Virus record (IMG/VR): IMGVR_UViG_3300045988_126772
Coordinates: 1-36,621 of that record
From: a virus
Direction: 5' to 3' (one strand)
DNA: 36,621 nt
Shown here one piece after another: positions 15,328 to 23,474 of the stretch (positions are counted from its first letter, which is position 1; each line of letters starts with the position of its first letter). A program made the translations under genes and the position numbers. The notes beneath the pieces are model-generated. The model was not told the origin of the DNA. It ran no database searches and worked only from the letters and a program-made list of their open reading frames with translations.

Positions 15328-15354
15328 TTCGCAAGGCTGAAATGGTGGCTGAAA
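15328..15354 (+). repeat. Candidate integrase arm-type sites (right of the core)
   Basis: This holds the second copy of TTCGCAAGGCTG, plus GGCTGAAA twice (15335-15342 and 15347-15354). Confidence 0.4.
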
Positions 15355-15364
15355 AAAGTTATAA

Positions 15365-16552
15365 TTAAAATTCCATTGTTAAGCCGTTTTCTTTTAGATA
15401 ATTGTATGATAAATCAATATGAGTTTGTTTAAATTTATCAAAAACATCACAATAAACATTTAGTGTAGTGGACACATTTGCGTGTCCCATTATTTTTGCC
15501 AAAACAGATGCAGGCATTCCTGCCTCAATGCATCTAGTTGCAAAAGTATGTCTTAACATGTGTTGATGTAATTCATAACCTTTGCCAATGTTATATTGTT
15601 CGCAAATATATTTGAACATCATATTAGTTGTATCTGTACTTATACATTGTTTTCTAGAATTACAGAATAATAAATGCATATCGTTTTCATGATAATAAGA
15701 TGATGACAAATATTCTTTAAAAATAGATTCTACATGGCTATCCATTATTATATCTCTAGTACCATTTATTGTTTTGGTATAAGTTCCTATCATTGCTCTT
15801 TCATCTAATCCACGAGTTATAGTTCTTCTTATATGAATAATTTTATTAGTAAAATCAATATCATCAATATCTAATGCATTTATTTCGCCCATTCTCATTC
15901 CTGTGAATAAACTTACTAAAAATTGATATTTATATCTACAATTTGTTTCTTTCATTGCTTTTATAAATTGTTGTTGTTCTTCAATAGTAAGAGCAGAAAC
16001 TTTTTTATCCTTAATATCAGAATAAGGAATAGAAAATTCTAATTGATCATCTAAAAAATTATATCTTAATATATTTCTTCTAACTGCTATTTTAAAAGTA
16101 TGGTTAACAATTCCATATATTTTAGCAATAGTAGAATTAGAATATTTAGTTATATAAGCAAAGAAATCCTTTAAATCATTTTCGGTTATTTTTTGTAGTT
16201 CCATTTCTGCTATATAATGTGTTGAAATTTCTTGTAATGTATGTAATTTCCTTTTATATGATGATGGTTTTAATTTGTTCATTTTATAACCAGTATCAAT
16301 AAATTCTTTTGCTATTTGATAAAATGTTACTTTTGATTTATCTACATAAGTATCTGTATTCAGTTCTGTAATAACTTTTTCTAATTTTGTTTTTACTTCT
16401 TGTCTAGTTTTACCTGAAATAGTCTTTCGTTTCCTTTTTCCGTTTTTATCATACATTGCAATAGTGTATTCTGCAATCCAATATGTTTTTCCGTTTATTT
16501 CTCTTTTGAATATGGTTCCTTCGCCATTACCTCTTTTCTTGGCAGTTCCCAT
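15365..16552 (-). CDS. int: Tyrosine integrase (phage integrase family)
   Basis: 395 aa with RBS ggaggttttttt before the ATG. Catalytic signature residues seen are GMRMGEINAL (Arg), HMLRHTFAT (HxxR) and GHANVSTTLNVYCDV (His...Tyr). The N-terminal SAM-like region is KTISGKTRQEVKTKLEKV. Confidence 0.9.
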   Translation of the reverse strand: MGTAKKRGNGEGTIFKREINGKTYWIAEYTIAMYDKNGKRKRKTISGKTRQEVKTKLEKVITELNTDTYVDKSKVTFYQIAKEFIDTGYKMNKLKPSSYKRKLHTLQEISTHYIAEMELQKITENDLKDFFAYITKYSNSTIAKIYGIVNHTFKIAVRRNILRYNFLDDQLEFSIPYSDIKDKKVSALTIEEQQQFIKAMKETNCRYKYQFLVSLFTGMRMGEINALDIDDIDFTNKIIHIRRTITRGLDERAMIGTYTKTINGTRDIIMDSHVESIFKEYLSSSYYHENDMHLLFCNSRKQCISTDTTNMMFKYICEQYNIGKGYELHQHMLRHTFATRCIEAGMPASVLAKIMGHANVSTTLNVYCDVFDKFKQTHIDLSYNYLKENGLTMEF

Positions 16553-16657
16553 AAAAAAACCTCCATTTCAATAAAATTTTTTTACCATTTCTATTGAAAA
16601 TGAAAGTATTATTTGATATTATAATACAGTAATCACTTTCAATAGTGGTTTCGCTTT

Positions 16658-16706
16658 GGATAATGTGTAGTGTACGGCAAATATACTAAACACATTATCC
16701 TTTTTA
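16658..16706 (+). terminator. Strong hairpin with a + strand U-tract in the int / membrane-protein intergenic region; possible 3' end of a small + strand RNA
   Basis: GGATAATGTGT (16658-16668), a 21-nt loop, then ACACATTATCC (16690-16700), followed by TTTTTATTT. A possible promoter is TTGAAA (16594-16599), 17 nt, TATTAT (16617-16622). No + strand ORF is present here. Confidence 0.35.
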
Positions 16707-16707
16707 T

Positions 16708-17148
16708 TTAAACAATAAATCCTTTTATAATTCCAATTACAAAGGAAATAACCAAAATAAGAATATAACCAATAATAATAGTAGATATGATATATGCAAA
16801 GATAGCAATAATTTTTTCTGTTTTAGGAGAAAGTTTTATATCTTCTTTTATTTTGGATGATTGATTTTTTTGTTCTATTTTATGTTGTTGATTATTCATT
16901 TTTTCTAATATTGAATTATTAGTAGTATGATTATTTTTACTAGCATTAGATTTTAAAGTTTTTGTAATATCAATAGTTGTTTTATGATATAAACTATTTT
17001 TTAATGCTTTTTCAGGGTTTTTTATATATCCAATTCCTTTTTTTCCATATACAGGATTAACTGATTTTTTTATACTTCTTTTAATTTTTCCTGTTGTTCG
17101 TGCTTTAATTGATTTCTTTATACTTGGAGTTCTAAAACCAAATTTCAT
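16708..17148 (-). CDS. Tail-anchored membrane protein (146 aa) between the repressor and integrase genes; possible superinfection-exclusion or moron function
   Basis: AGGAGG lies 6 nt upstream of ATG 17148. The N-terminus is basic (MKFGFRTPSIKKSIKARTTGKIKRSIKKSVNPVYGKKGIGYIKNP) and there is a single C-terminal TM (IIAIFAYIISTIIIGYILILVISFVIGII). Confidence 0.6.
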   Translation of the reverse strand: MKFGFRTPSIKKSIKARTTGKIKRSIKKSVNPVYGKKGIGYIKNPEKALKNSLYHKTTIDITKTLKSNASKNNHTTNNSILEKMNNQQHKIEQKNQSSKIKEDIKLSPKTEKIIAIFAYIISTIIIGYILILVISFVIGIIKGFIV

Positions 17149-17158
17149 CAATAACCTC

Positions 17159-17809
17159 CTATTTAAAAGCACTAGAATTTTCAACTCTAATAACCTTTCC
17201 TAAAACTTTAAATTTATTTTTTGTTTTTTCTTCATTTGTTATTTTAGTTGGCTGACTATATGGAATAGCAGTATACAATTCAATATAGTCTTTAAAATCT
17301 ACAATTTTACGAATTAAAATATCGTTATCAATAGAAATTAAACAAGTATTACCATTTTCGTAAGAATTAGATTCTTCTATTATAGCAATATCTCCTTTTC
17401 CTAATAGTGGCAACATTGAATCATCATTAGTTTTAAATGCAAAATATTGATGAGATGGTTCTAATATACTTTTATCTATCCATAAATCATTGTATGGTTG
17501 TAATTTTCCATTTAAAAATTCAAATATTGTAATAACAGATATATTATTATTTACCATAGAATTGTTTCCAAATGTTTTTTCTGTAACATGACCACATATT
17601 TTCATCAATTCTTCATAAGTAGTTATTCCTTTTGATGCATCAGCAATTCCTTTTAATATTTTAGGAGATGGGGGACTGTCTATTTTTTTATTTATATATC
17701 TTGATAAATAACCTCTATTAACTCCTGTTGCCTCTGCAAATAGTCTTTGGTTATCGTAAGTATTATAAATATTTTTTAGTATTTCAGAAAATCTATTTTT
17801 ATCAAACAT
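17159..17809 (-). CDS. CI-like repressor: XRE HTH plus S24 (LexA-like) autopeptidase domain
   Basis: The N-terminal HTH is LFAEATGVNRGYLSRYINKK. The C-terminal domain has FAFKTNDDSMLPLLGKGDIAIIEE...CLISIDNDILIRKIV (Ser/Lys dyad pattern). It is divergent from the early operon. Confidence 0.85.
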   Translation of the reverse strand: MFDKNRFSEILKNIYNTYDNQRLFAEATGVNRGYLSRYINKKIDSPPSPKILKGIADASKGITTYEELMKICGHVTEKTFGNNSMVNNNISVITIFEFLNGKLQPYNDLWIDKSILEPSHQYFAFKTNDDSMLPLLGKGDIAIIEESNSYENGNTCLISIDNDILIRKIVDFKDYIELYTAIPYSQPTKITNEEKTKNKFKVLGKVIRVENSSAFK

Positions 17810-17827
17810 GACAATACCTCCAAAACT

Positions 17828-17856
17828 AGTATATAACAGGTTTTAAAAAAAATCAA
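17828..17856 (-). promoter_or_regulatory. Leftward (repressor maintenance-type) promoter
   Basis: Read on the minus strand: TTGATT, a 17-nt spacer, then TATACT, upstream of the repressor RBS ggaggt. Confidence 0.45.
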
Positions 17857-17861
17857 TAAAA

Positions 17862-17877
17862 AGTTAAAAAAATAACC
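17862..17877. promoter_or_regulatory. Operator-like palindrome O1 (aGTTA-A6-TAACc)
   Basis: agttaaaaaaataacc lies between the divergent promoters. It shares a longer match (GTTAAAAAAATAACCAAAAAG) with O2. Confidence 0.55.
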
Positions 17878-17886
17878 AAAAAAGTA

Positions 17887-17915
17887 TTGACAATTAAAAA
17901 GTGAAACTATATAAT
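17887..17915 (+). promoter_or_regulatory. Rightward early promoter (consensus)
   Basis: TTGACA (17887-17892), a 17-nt spacer, then TATAAT (17910-17915). Confidence 0.75.
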
Positions 17916-17921
17916 GGGTTT

Positions 17922-17937
17922 GGTTAAAAAAATAACC
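17922..17937. promoter_or_regulatory. Operator-like palindrome O2 (GGTTA-A6-TAACC)
   Basis: The half-sites are perfect inverted repeats, placed immediately downstream of the -10 of the early promoter. Confidence 0.6.
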
Positions 17938-17961
17938 AAAAAGTTAAAGGAGGTATATAGT

Positions 17962-18174
17962 ATGAGAATTAACATAGTGGCAGTAAAGCAGTTGATACAA
18001 GAAAAATTTAGAAATAATCAGTCTTGGTTTGCCGAAGAATTGACAATGGATGCTCATTACTTTAATCAAATAATGAAGGGAACAAAAGAGCCTACAAGTC
18101 CAAAGGCATGTAGAGGAATTATTGATTATTGTAAAAGGAATGGTCTAAATATCAATGACTATATTATTTTTTAG
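17962..18174 (+). CDS. Cro-like early HTH regulator (70 aa)
   Basis: AAAGGAGG lies 8 nt upstream of ATG 17962; the track start at 17914 lacks an RBS. The segment QSWFAEELTMDAHYFNQIMKG is HTH-like. It is the first gene of the rightward operon. Confidence 0.65.
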   Translation: MRINIVAVKQLIQEKFRNNQSWFAEELTMDAHYFNQIMKGTKEPTSPKACRGIIDYCKRNGLNINDYIIF

Positions 18175-18180
18175 CAAATT

Positions 18181-18196
18181 GGTTAAAAAAACAACC
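18181..18196. promoter_or_regulatory. Third operator-like site O3 (GGTTA-A6-cAACC)
   Basis: ggttaaaaaaacaacc lies directly after the Cro-like stop, one mismatch from O2. Confidence 0.45.
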
Positions 18197-18266
18197 AAAG
18201 GAGGAATTATGAAAAAAGTAAAATGTATTGCCGTACACTACACAAATTATTCAAAGGAGGGAGAAT

Positions 18267-18461
18267 ATGAAAGAGTTAAAAGATGATGTTTTTTATAGTC
18301 CAACAGAATTTGCTGAATTAAGGTCTTGTAGTTTACCAACAGCACAAGCAATATTCAATTCAAAAGATTTTCCAAGTGAAAATTACGGAAAAGAAAAAGT
18401 TGCTTTAGGAAGTGCAATAAGAGAATGGTACAAAAGAAAAAGAAATAAGGAGGGAGATTAA
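18267..18461 (+). CDS. Small DNA-binding protein (excisionase/MerR-like HTH_17 type)
   Basis: AAAGGAGGG is present upstream of the ATG. The pattern FYSPTEFAELRSCSLPTAQAIFNSKDFP fits, and the C-terminus is basic. Confidence 0.5.
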   Translation: MKELKDDVFYSPTEFAELRSCSLPTAQAIFNSKDFPSENYGKEKVALGSAIREWYKRKRNKEGD

Positions 18462-18463
18462 AA

Positions 18464-18691
18464 ATGAAGATTATGAGAAACATTTTAGAATTTATTTTAG
18501 GAACATCAATTATTTGGCTACCAATTATAGGTTCTATTATTGCTGAATGGCTATCTACAATAATAACAATGGATATGATAATGACAGTAGTTTATATTTC
18601 AATTCCAACATTGATAATACTAATTATTAAAATGGAAATTGAAGAAATGAAAATGGAAAGGAAAATAAGATATGGAAGAAAGATTAGGTAA
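18464..18691 (+). CDS. Small membrane protein (75 aa, two TM segments)
   Basis: RBS aaggaggg is present. The hydrophobic stretches are ILGTSIIWLPIIGSIIAEWL and IMTVVYISIPTLIILII. Confidence 0.6.
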   Translation: MKIMRNILEFILGTSIIWLPIIGSIIAEWLSTIITMDMIMTVVYISIPTLIILIIKMEIEEMKMERKIRYGRKIR

Positions 18692-18765
18692 ATCATTAGT
18701 ATGGCACATGTTAACTCTTGCTAGAATGAAGTATAAATTATCAATTTTGAAAGGAGGGAAAGAAA

Positions 18766-19092
18766 ATGTTTAATAAGGATGAAATTGAAAAACTAAAAAT
18801 TGAAAATGAAAGTTTAAGAAATCAATTAGAAGTTAAGGAAATGATGTTTCAGCAATTAAAAGAACAATATCAACATAAAAATAATGAATTATCTGATTTA
18901 ATAGCAGATGTGTTTTTAGGGTTTAGAAAAATTACAGAGATAGCAACAAGAAATGATTATGGACAACCTGAACAAAAAGTTAGACAAATAAAAGAATATG
19001 CAGAAAACAAGAAAAATTATTTTGCACAATTAACACTTAATGTTTCTAACATAAAAAATAGAACTACCAATACCGACCAAAGTAATAAATAG
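18766..19092 (+). CDS. Hypothetical coiled-coil protein (108 aa)
   Basis: RBS aaaggaggg is present and the ORF is clean, on the early-operon strand. Confidence 0.6.
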   Translation: MFNKDEIEKLKIENESLRNQLEVKEMMFQQLKEQYQHKNNELSDLIADVFLGFRKITEIATRNDYGQPEQKVRQIKEYAENKKNYFAQLTLNVSNIKNRTTNTDQSNK

Positions 19093-19176
19093 TTCTATAA
19101 AAGAAAATTTATATAAATTCACTTCATTTGCATTTTAACACAAAATCATTTGAAGTTCAATAGGAGGGATTGAATT

Positions 19177-19800
19177 TTGACTAGGGAAGAATGGTTGAAC
19201 GAAAGAAAAAAAGGAATAGGTGGTTCAGATGCATCTGCAATTGTAGGAGAAAATCCATATAAGGATAATATCAAACTTTGGGAAGAAAAAACAGGAAGGA
19301 GAGAGGCAGAAGATATTTCCAATAAACCTTATGTGAAATATGGAACTAATATGGAACCAGTTTTAAGAGAAAGTTTTAAAATTAAGCATCCTGAATTTGA
19401 AGTGTTACATGAAGAAAACACAATAATAAAACATCCTGTATATCCTTTTCTCTTTGCTAGTTTAGATGGAATATTAGTCAATAAAGAAACAGGAGAAAAA
19501 GGGATTTTGGAAATTAAAACATCAGAGATATTAAGGTCAATGCAAAAAGAAAAATGGAAAGATAGCATTCCACCAAATTATTATTGTCAAATATTACATT
19601 ATTTGAATGTTACAGGTTTTTCATTTGTAAAGTTATTTGCAGAATTAAATTATGATGAAAATTACCAGGCAACTAAAACTTATACAATTGAAAAAAAGGA
19701 TGTTGAAGAAGATATTAGATATTTAGAAAAAAAAGAAATTGAATTTTGGAAATATGTCGAGGATGATAAAATGCCTCCACTTATATTACCAAATTTATAA
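19177..19800 (+). CDS. YqaJ-like viral recombinase exonuclease (PD-(D/E)XK, lambda Exo-like)
   Basis: AGGAGGG precedes a TTG start. The N-terminus EWLNERKKGIGGSDASAIVGENPYKDNIKLWEEKTGR is the hallmark YqaJ N-terminus. LDGIL...LEIKT supplies the D...E-x-K motif. Confidence 0.85.
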   Translation: MTREEWLNERKKGIGGSDASAIVGENPYKDNIKLWEEKTGRREAEDISNKPYVKYGTNMEPVLRESFKIKHPEFEVLHEENTIIKHPVYPFLFASLDGILVNKETGEKGILEIKTSEILRSMQKEKWKDSIPPNYYCQILHYLNVTGFSFVKLFAELNYDENYQATKTYTIEKKDVEEDIRYLEKKEIEFWKYVEDDKMPPLILPNL

Positions 19801-19816
19801 ATTAGGAGGAAAGATA

Positions 19817-20167
19817 ATGGATAAAAATGAATTCATTGAAAAAGAAAAAATGGCATTTAGTAATCAAGTAGATTCTGAATGTGTTGCACAGAGTAATCCA
19901 ACAGAATTTAAAATTGTTGGAGTCAAATACGAAGATAGATTTGAAAAGAAAACATTTTCAGGAAGGGAATACAGTTATTATTCTGCTATTGATGATCTAG
20001 AAGTTGGAGACATAGTTGAAGTTCCTACAAGATATGGAAAATCAATTGCAATGGTTACTAGAATAAATATTGAGAAAAAAGAAATTGAAAAAATTAAAGA
20101 CTTTATGAAAGTAATAGAGACAAGATTAGATAAAGAAAAATTTTTTAGTGAAGGAGAGAAAGAATAA
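19817..20167 (+). CDS. Hypothetical protein (116 aa)
   Basis: taggagg lies 7 nt upstream of ATG 19817, and the stop overlaps the next start. Confidence 0.6.
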   Translation: MDKNEFIEKEKMAFSNQVDSECVAQSNPTEFKIVGVKYEDRFEKKTFSGREYSYYSAIDDLEVGDIVEVPTRYGKSIAMVTRINIEKKEIEKIKDFMKVIETRLDKEKFFSEGEKE

Positions 20168-20982
20168 TGGAATTAAAAGTAGAAGAAATAAAAGAATTAG
20201 CACCAGTAAGATTTAATTATGAAGATATAAAGAAATGGGTTACTGAAAAAACTGCTGAATATAAGAGTGTTGTTTATACCCCTGAAACAATATCATTAGC
20301 AAAACAAGATAGAGCGACATTAAATAAAGTATCAGATGCTATAAACAATGAAAAGAAAAGAATAAAAAATGAATTATTAAAGCCTTATGTTGATTTTGAA
20401 AATAAATGTAAGGAATTGATGGCGATAGTAGATGATGCATCAAAAACAATAGATAAACAAGTAAAAAGTTTTGAGGAAAAAGAGCAAAACGAAAAGAAAG
20501 AAGAAATAAGAAACATATTTAATACATATATAGGAGACTTTAAGGAGTTAATTGATTTTGACAATATATTCAATCCTAGATGGATAAATAAAACATATAC
20601 AATGAAGAAAATAGAGGAAGAAATAAAACATTTAATAAATAAAACAACTGATGATTTAAAAATAATTGAAAACACAATAGAGGATGAATCATTATTACCA
20701 CAAATAAAAATTTTCTATTTCAAAAATATAAATGAGCCTTCTGTATTGGGAAATTCATTACAAGAATATCAGAGAATTGTTGAAAGTAGGAAAAAATTAG
20801 AATCATTAAAAAATACACAAAATGTAACAAAAAGTCAACAAAATATAACAGAAAATGAACAAAATATAACAAATAGTGAAAAATTATTACAAATTGATTT
20901 TAGGGTTTTAGCAACAAGAGAACAATTTGAAAAATTAAGAGATTTCTTAATAGAAAATAAAATAGATTTTAGGAGGATATAA
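20167..20982 (+). CDS. DUF1351-like phage protein, commonly linked to RecT modules
   Basis: ELKVEEIKELAPVRFNYEDIKKWVTEKTAEYKSVVYTPETISLAKQDRATLNKVSDAINNEKKRIKNELLKPY matches the DUF1351 N-terminal pattern as I recall it. Confidence 0.55.
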   Translation: MELKVEEIKELAPVRFNYEDIKKWVTEKTAEYKSVVYTPETISLAKQDRATLNKVSDAINNEKKRIKNELLKPYVDFENKCKELMAIVDDASKTIDKQVKSFEEKEQNEKKEEIRNIFNTYIGDFKELIDFDNIFNPRWINKTYTMKKIEEEIKHLINKTTDDLKIIENTIEDESLLPQIKIFYFKNINEPSVLGNSLQEYQRIVESRKKLESLKNTQNVTKSQQNITENEQNITNSEKLLQIDFRVLATREQFEKLRDFLIENKIDFRRI

Positions 20983-20985
20983 AAA

Positions 20986-21285
20986 ATGGGATTATTTAAA
21001 AATAAAGATTATGCAGAAATCCATATTAAATTTGATGAGAGAAAACAAGATGAAGAAATGATAAAAGTAGAAGGAACACAAGAAGGATTGGCAGCATCAA
21101 TTGGAGCATTGATACAAAGCATGTTAGAGGATGGATTTAATAGAGAAATATTAGAAATGTCTATATTATATGCATTAGAAGAAAGCAAAAAAAATAAAAA
21201 AAGCAAAGTTAAAGTAATAAAAGTTGACAATGAAGAAAAAGCAAAAGATATTGAAAAATTATTAAATAAAATAATGGAGGATTAG
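20986..21285 (+). CDS. Hypothetical protein (99 aa)
   Basis: RBS aggagg is present and the ORF is compactly spaced. Confidence 0.6.
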   Translation: MGLFKNKDYAEIHIKFDERKQDEEMIKVEGTQEGLAASIGALIQSMLEDGFNREILEMSILYALEESKKNKKSKVKVIKVDNEEKAKDIEKLLNKIMED

Positions 21286-21289
21286 TAAG

Positions 21290-21637
21290 ATGGAAAAATT
21301 AAATTTAGATAATGAATTATTAAAACCTATTAAAACAAGATTAGAACAATCAATTGATGTATTAACTAAAAATGCAATTCTCACAAGAAAAGAATCAGAA
21401 ATTACATTAAAAATAAATATTGGAGTGAATGAAAAGGATCGTGAATTTAATGATGAGATAGAAGAATATTTACAACCAATGTACGATTTTCAAATATCAG
21501 AAAAAATCAAAGAGGCAAAAGGCTCATATAAAAGTTCAGTTGGATTTGATTATGCAGTCGAAATTGATGAAGAAAATAATATAGTTGTAAAAAATATGAA
21601 TGAACAACAAAGTTTATTCAGGAAAGGTAGGGAATAA
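21290..21637 (+). CDS. Hypothetical protein (115 aa)
   Basis: RBS ggagg is present and the ORF is compactly spaced. Confidence 0.6.
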   Translation: MEKLNLDNELLKPIKTRLEQSIDVLTKNAILTRKESEITLKINIGVNEKDREFNDEIEEYLQPMYDFQISEKIKEAKGSYKSSVGFDYAVEIDEENNIVVKNMNEQQSLFRKGRE

Positions 21638-21639
21638 AT

Positions 21640-22507
21640 ATGGCAGTTCAAAATAGTTTAGTAAAACAAAATCAAAAACAAACTTTTAGTGCATTTCTTG
21701 CAACAGATGCAATGAAAAAGAAAATAAATGAAATGGTAGGTGGAGAAAAAGGACAACAATTTGTTACATCAATTATTTCTGCAGTTAGTACAAATCCACA
21801 ATTAGCAGAATGTGAAAATTCTTCAATAGTTTCTGCAGCATTACTTGGACAGGCTCTTAATTTGAGCCCTAGTCCACAATTACGGACAATATTATATGGT
21901 TCCGTTTAATGATAGCAAAAGAGGGTGCAAAGTTGCACAATTCCAAATTGGTTATAAAGGTTATATTCAATTAGCAATAAGAAGTGGACAATATAAAAAA
22001 TTAAATGTATTAGCAATCAAAGAGGGAGAACTAAAACAATATGATCCACTTAATGAAGAAATAGAAGTTGAATTAATGCAAGATGAAGAGGAAAGAGAAA
22101 AAGCCGAAACAATAGGATACTACGCAATGTTTGAATATCTAAATGGATTTAGAAAAACATTATACTGGTCTAAAGCAAAAATGGAGGCTCATGCTCTTAA
22201 ATATTCAATGGGATACAGAGCCAAAAAAGGTTATACATTTTGGGAAAAAGACTTTGATGGAATGGCTTATAAAACAATGCTTAGACAACTAATTTCTAAA
22301 TGGGGAATTATGAGTGTTGATCTAACAATGCAAAAGGCTCTTGAATCAGATATGGCGGTAATAAATGATAATGGGACATACGATTACATAGATAATTCTG
22401 ATGCAGAACCAATAGTAATAAACAATGAAGAACAACCGGTGCAAGATGAAGATGTAAAAGAACCAGTAGCAAATGAAGATACGGATTTCTTCTTTGAAAA
22501 GAATTAA
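21640..22507 (+). CDS. recT: RecT single-strand annealing recombinase, about 288 aa if a +1 shift occurs at CGG 21883-21885. As written it is two ORFs (21640-21909 and 21896-22507).
   Basis: The N-terminal part ends ...LLGQALNLSPSPQL and the C-terminal part begins GQYYMVPFNDSKRGCKVAQFQIGYKGYIQLAIRSGQY (the RecT core). The 0 frame reads tta CGG aca ... TAA. The +1 frame from GGA 21884 is open. ATG 21896 has no RBS. Confidence 0.8.
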
Positions 22508-22527
22508 AAGCAAAGGAGATAAAAGTT

Positions 22528-23295
22528 ATGGAAGGATGGATATGTTTATACAAAAAACTCACAAATTGGGAATGGTATCAAGATGGAAACACTTGTAGAC
22601 TCTTTATCCATCTTCTCCTACTAGCAAATTATGAAGATAAATCATGGCAAGGACATTTAATAAAAAGGGGGCAATTAATTACATCACTACAACATTTAGC
22701 AGATGGATTGAATTTATCTGTTAGGCAAATAAGAACATCATTAGAAAAATTAAAAAGTACCGGAGAAATAACAAGCAAAGCGACAAACAAATATACCCTT
22801 ATAACCATTGAAAAATACGAAGATTATCAAGCAAAAGAAGAAAAAGTGACAAGCAAAACGACAAACGAATGTCAAACAAATGACAAACAAATGTCAACAA
22901 CTAACAATATAACAAATAAACAAAATATAAATAAAACTAAATTAAATTTATTATATTTATATTTAACAGGAAAAGCTGAAAAATTTGAGGGGCTCACAGA
23001 AACAGACAGAGGTTCAATACAAACAACACTTAAAAAACTGGATTTATATATTGAAAGAGATGACAATTTACCGGAACAAATAAAATTCGATTTACAACTA
23101 AAGTATTATGCAATAACTCAAATATATTTAAGTCCATACAGAATATATTTGCTTGATATAAAAGAAAAACCATTCACAAAGACATTTTTAGCAGCGAATC
23201 AGTATTGCCCAATAGAAACAAAAACACCAAAACAAATAACAGACTTTATGAATTATTTTATAGTTTGTTTAAGAAAGGAATTTGAAAAGAAATGA
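22528..23295 (+). CDS. Replication initiation / replisome-organiser-like winged-helix protein
   Basis: WICLYKKLTNWEWYQDGNTCRLFIHLLLLANYEDKSWQGHLIKRGQLITSLQHLADGLNLSVRQIRTSLEKLKSTGEITSKATNKYTLITI is a widespread N-terminal domain of phage replication proteins. Confidence 0.6.
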   Translation: MEGWICLYKKLTNWEWYQDGNTCRLFIHLLLLANYEDKSWQGHLIKRGQLITSLQHLADGLNLSVRQIRTSLEKLKSTGEITSKATNKYTLITIEKYEDYQAKEEKVTSKTTNECQTNDKQMSTTNNITNKQNINKTKLNLLYLYLTGKAEKFEGLTETDRGSIQTTLKKLDLYIERDDNLPEQIKFDLQLKYYAITQIYLSPYRIYLLDIKEKPFTKTFLAANQYCPIETKTPKQITDFMNYFIVCLRKEFEKK

Positions 23296-23474
23296 ATCAG
23301 TTGAAAGATGAAGTTTTATGCAAATATTGTCTTGGATGTAATAGATTAGAAAATCCAAATTTTGCAGGTTGGAGAAGATGCAAAGATTTCTGTGCAGGTT
23401 ATCCAAATTGGAAAGATCAATATTATAAATCATTAAACAATGAACGCACGAAAATCGATTTTAAGGAAAAATAA
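23292..23474 (+). CDS. Small Cys-rich (zinc-finger-like) protein
   Basis: An ATGA overlap joins it to the upstream gene. The pattern is CKYCLGC...CKDFC. Confidence 0.5.
   Translation: MNQLKDEVLCKYCLGCNRLENPNFAGWRRCKDFCAGYPNWKDQYYKSLNNERTKIDFKEK

Noticed and set aside
18209-18286. 25-aa ORF (MKKVKCIAVHYTNYSKEGEYERVKR) with an AAAGGAGG RBS, directly after operator O3
   Set aside because: It is very short and overlaps the start of the next gene. It may be a leader peptide or simply the RBS-rich leader that contains the 17-mer discussed in the findings. This is not enough to call it a gene.
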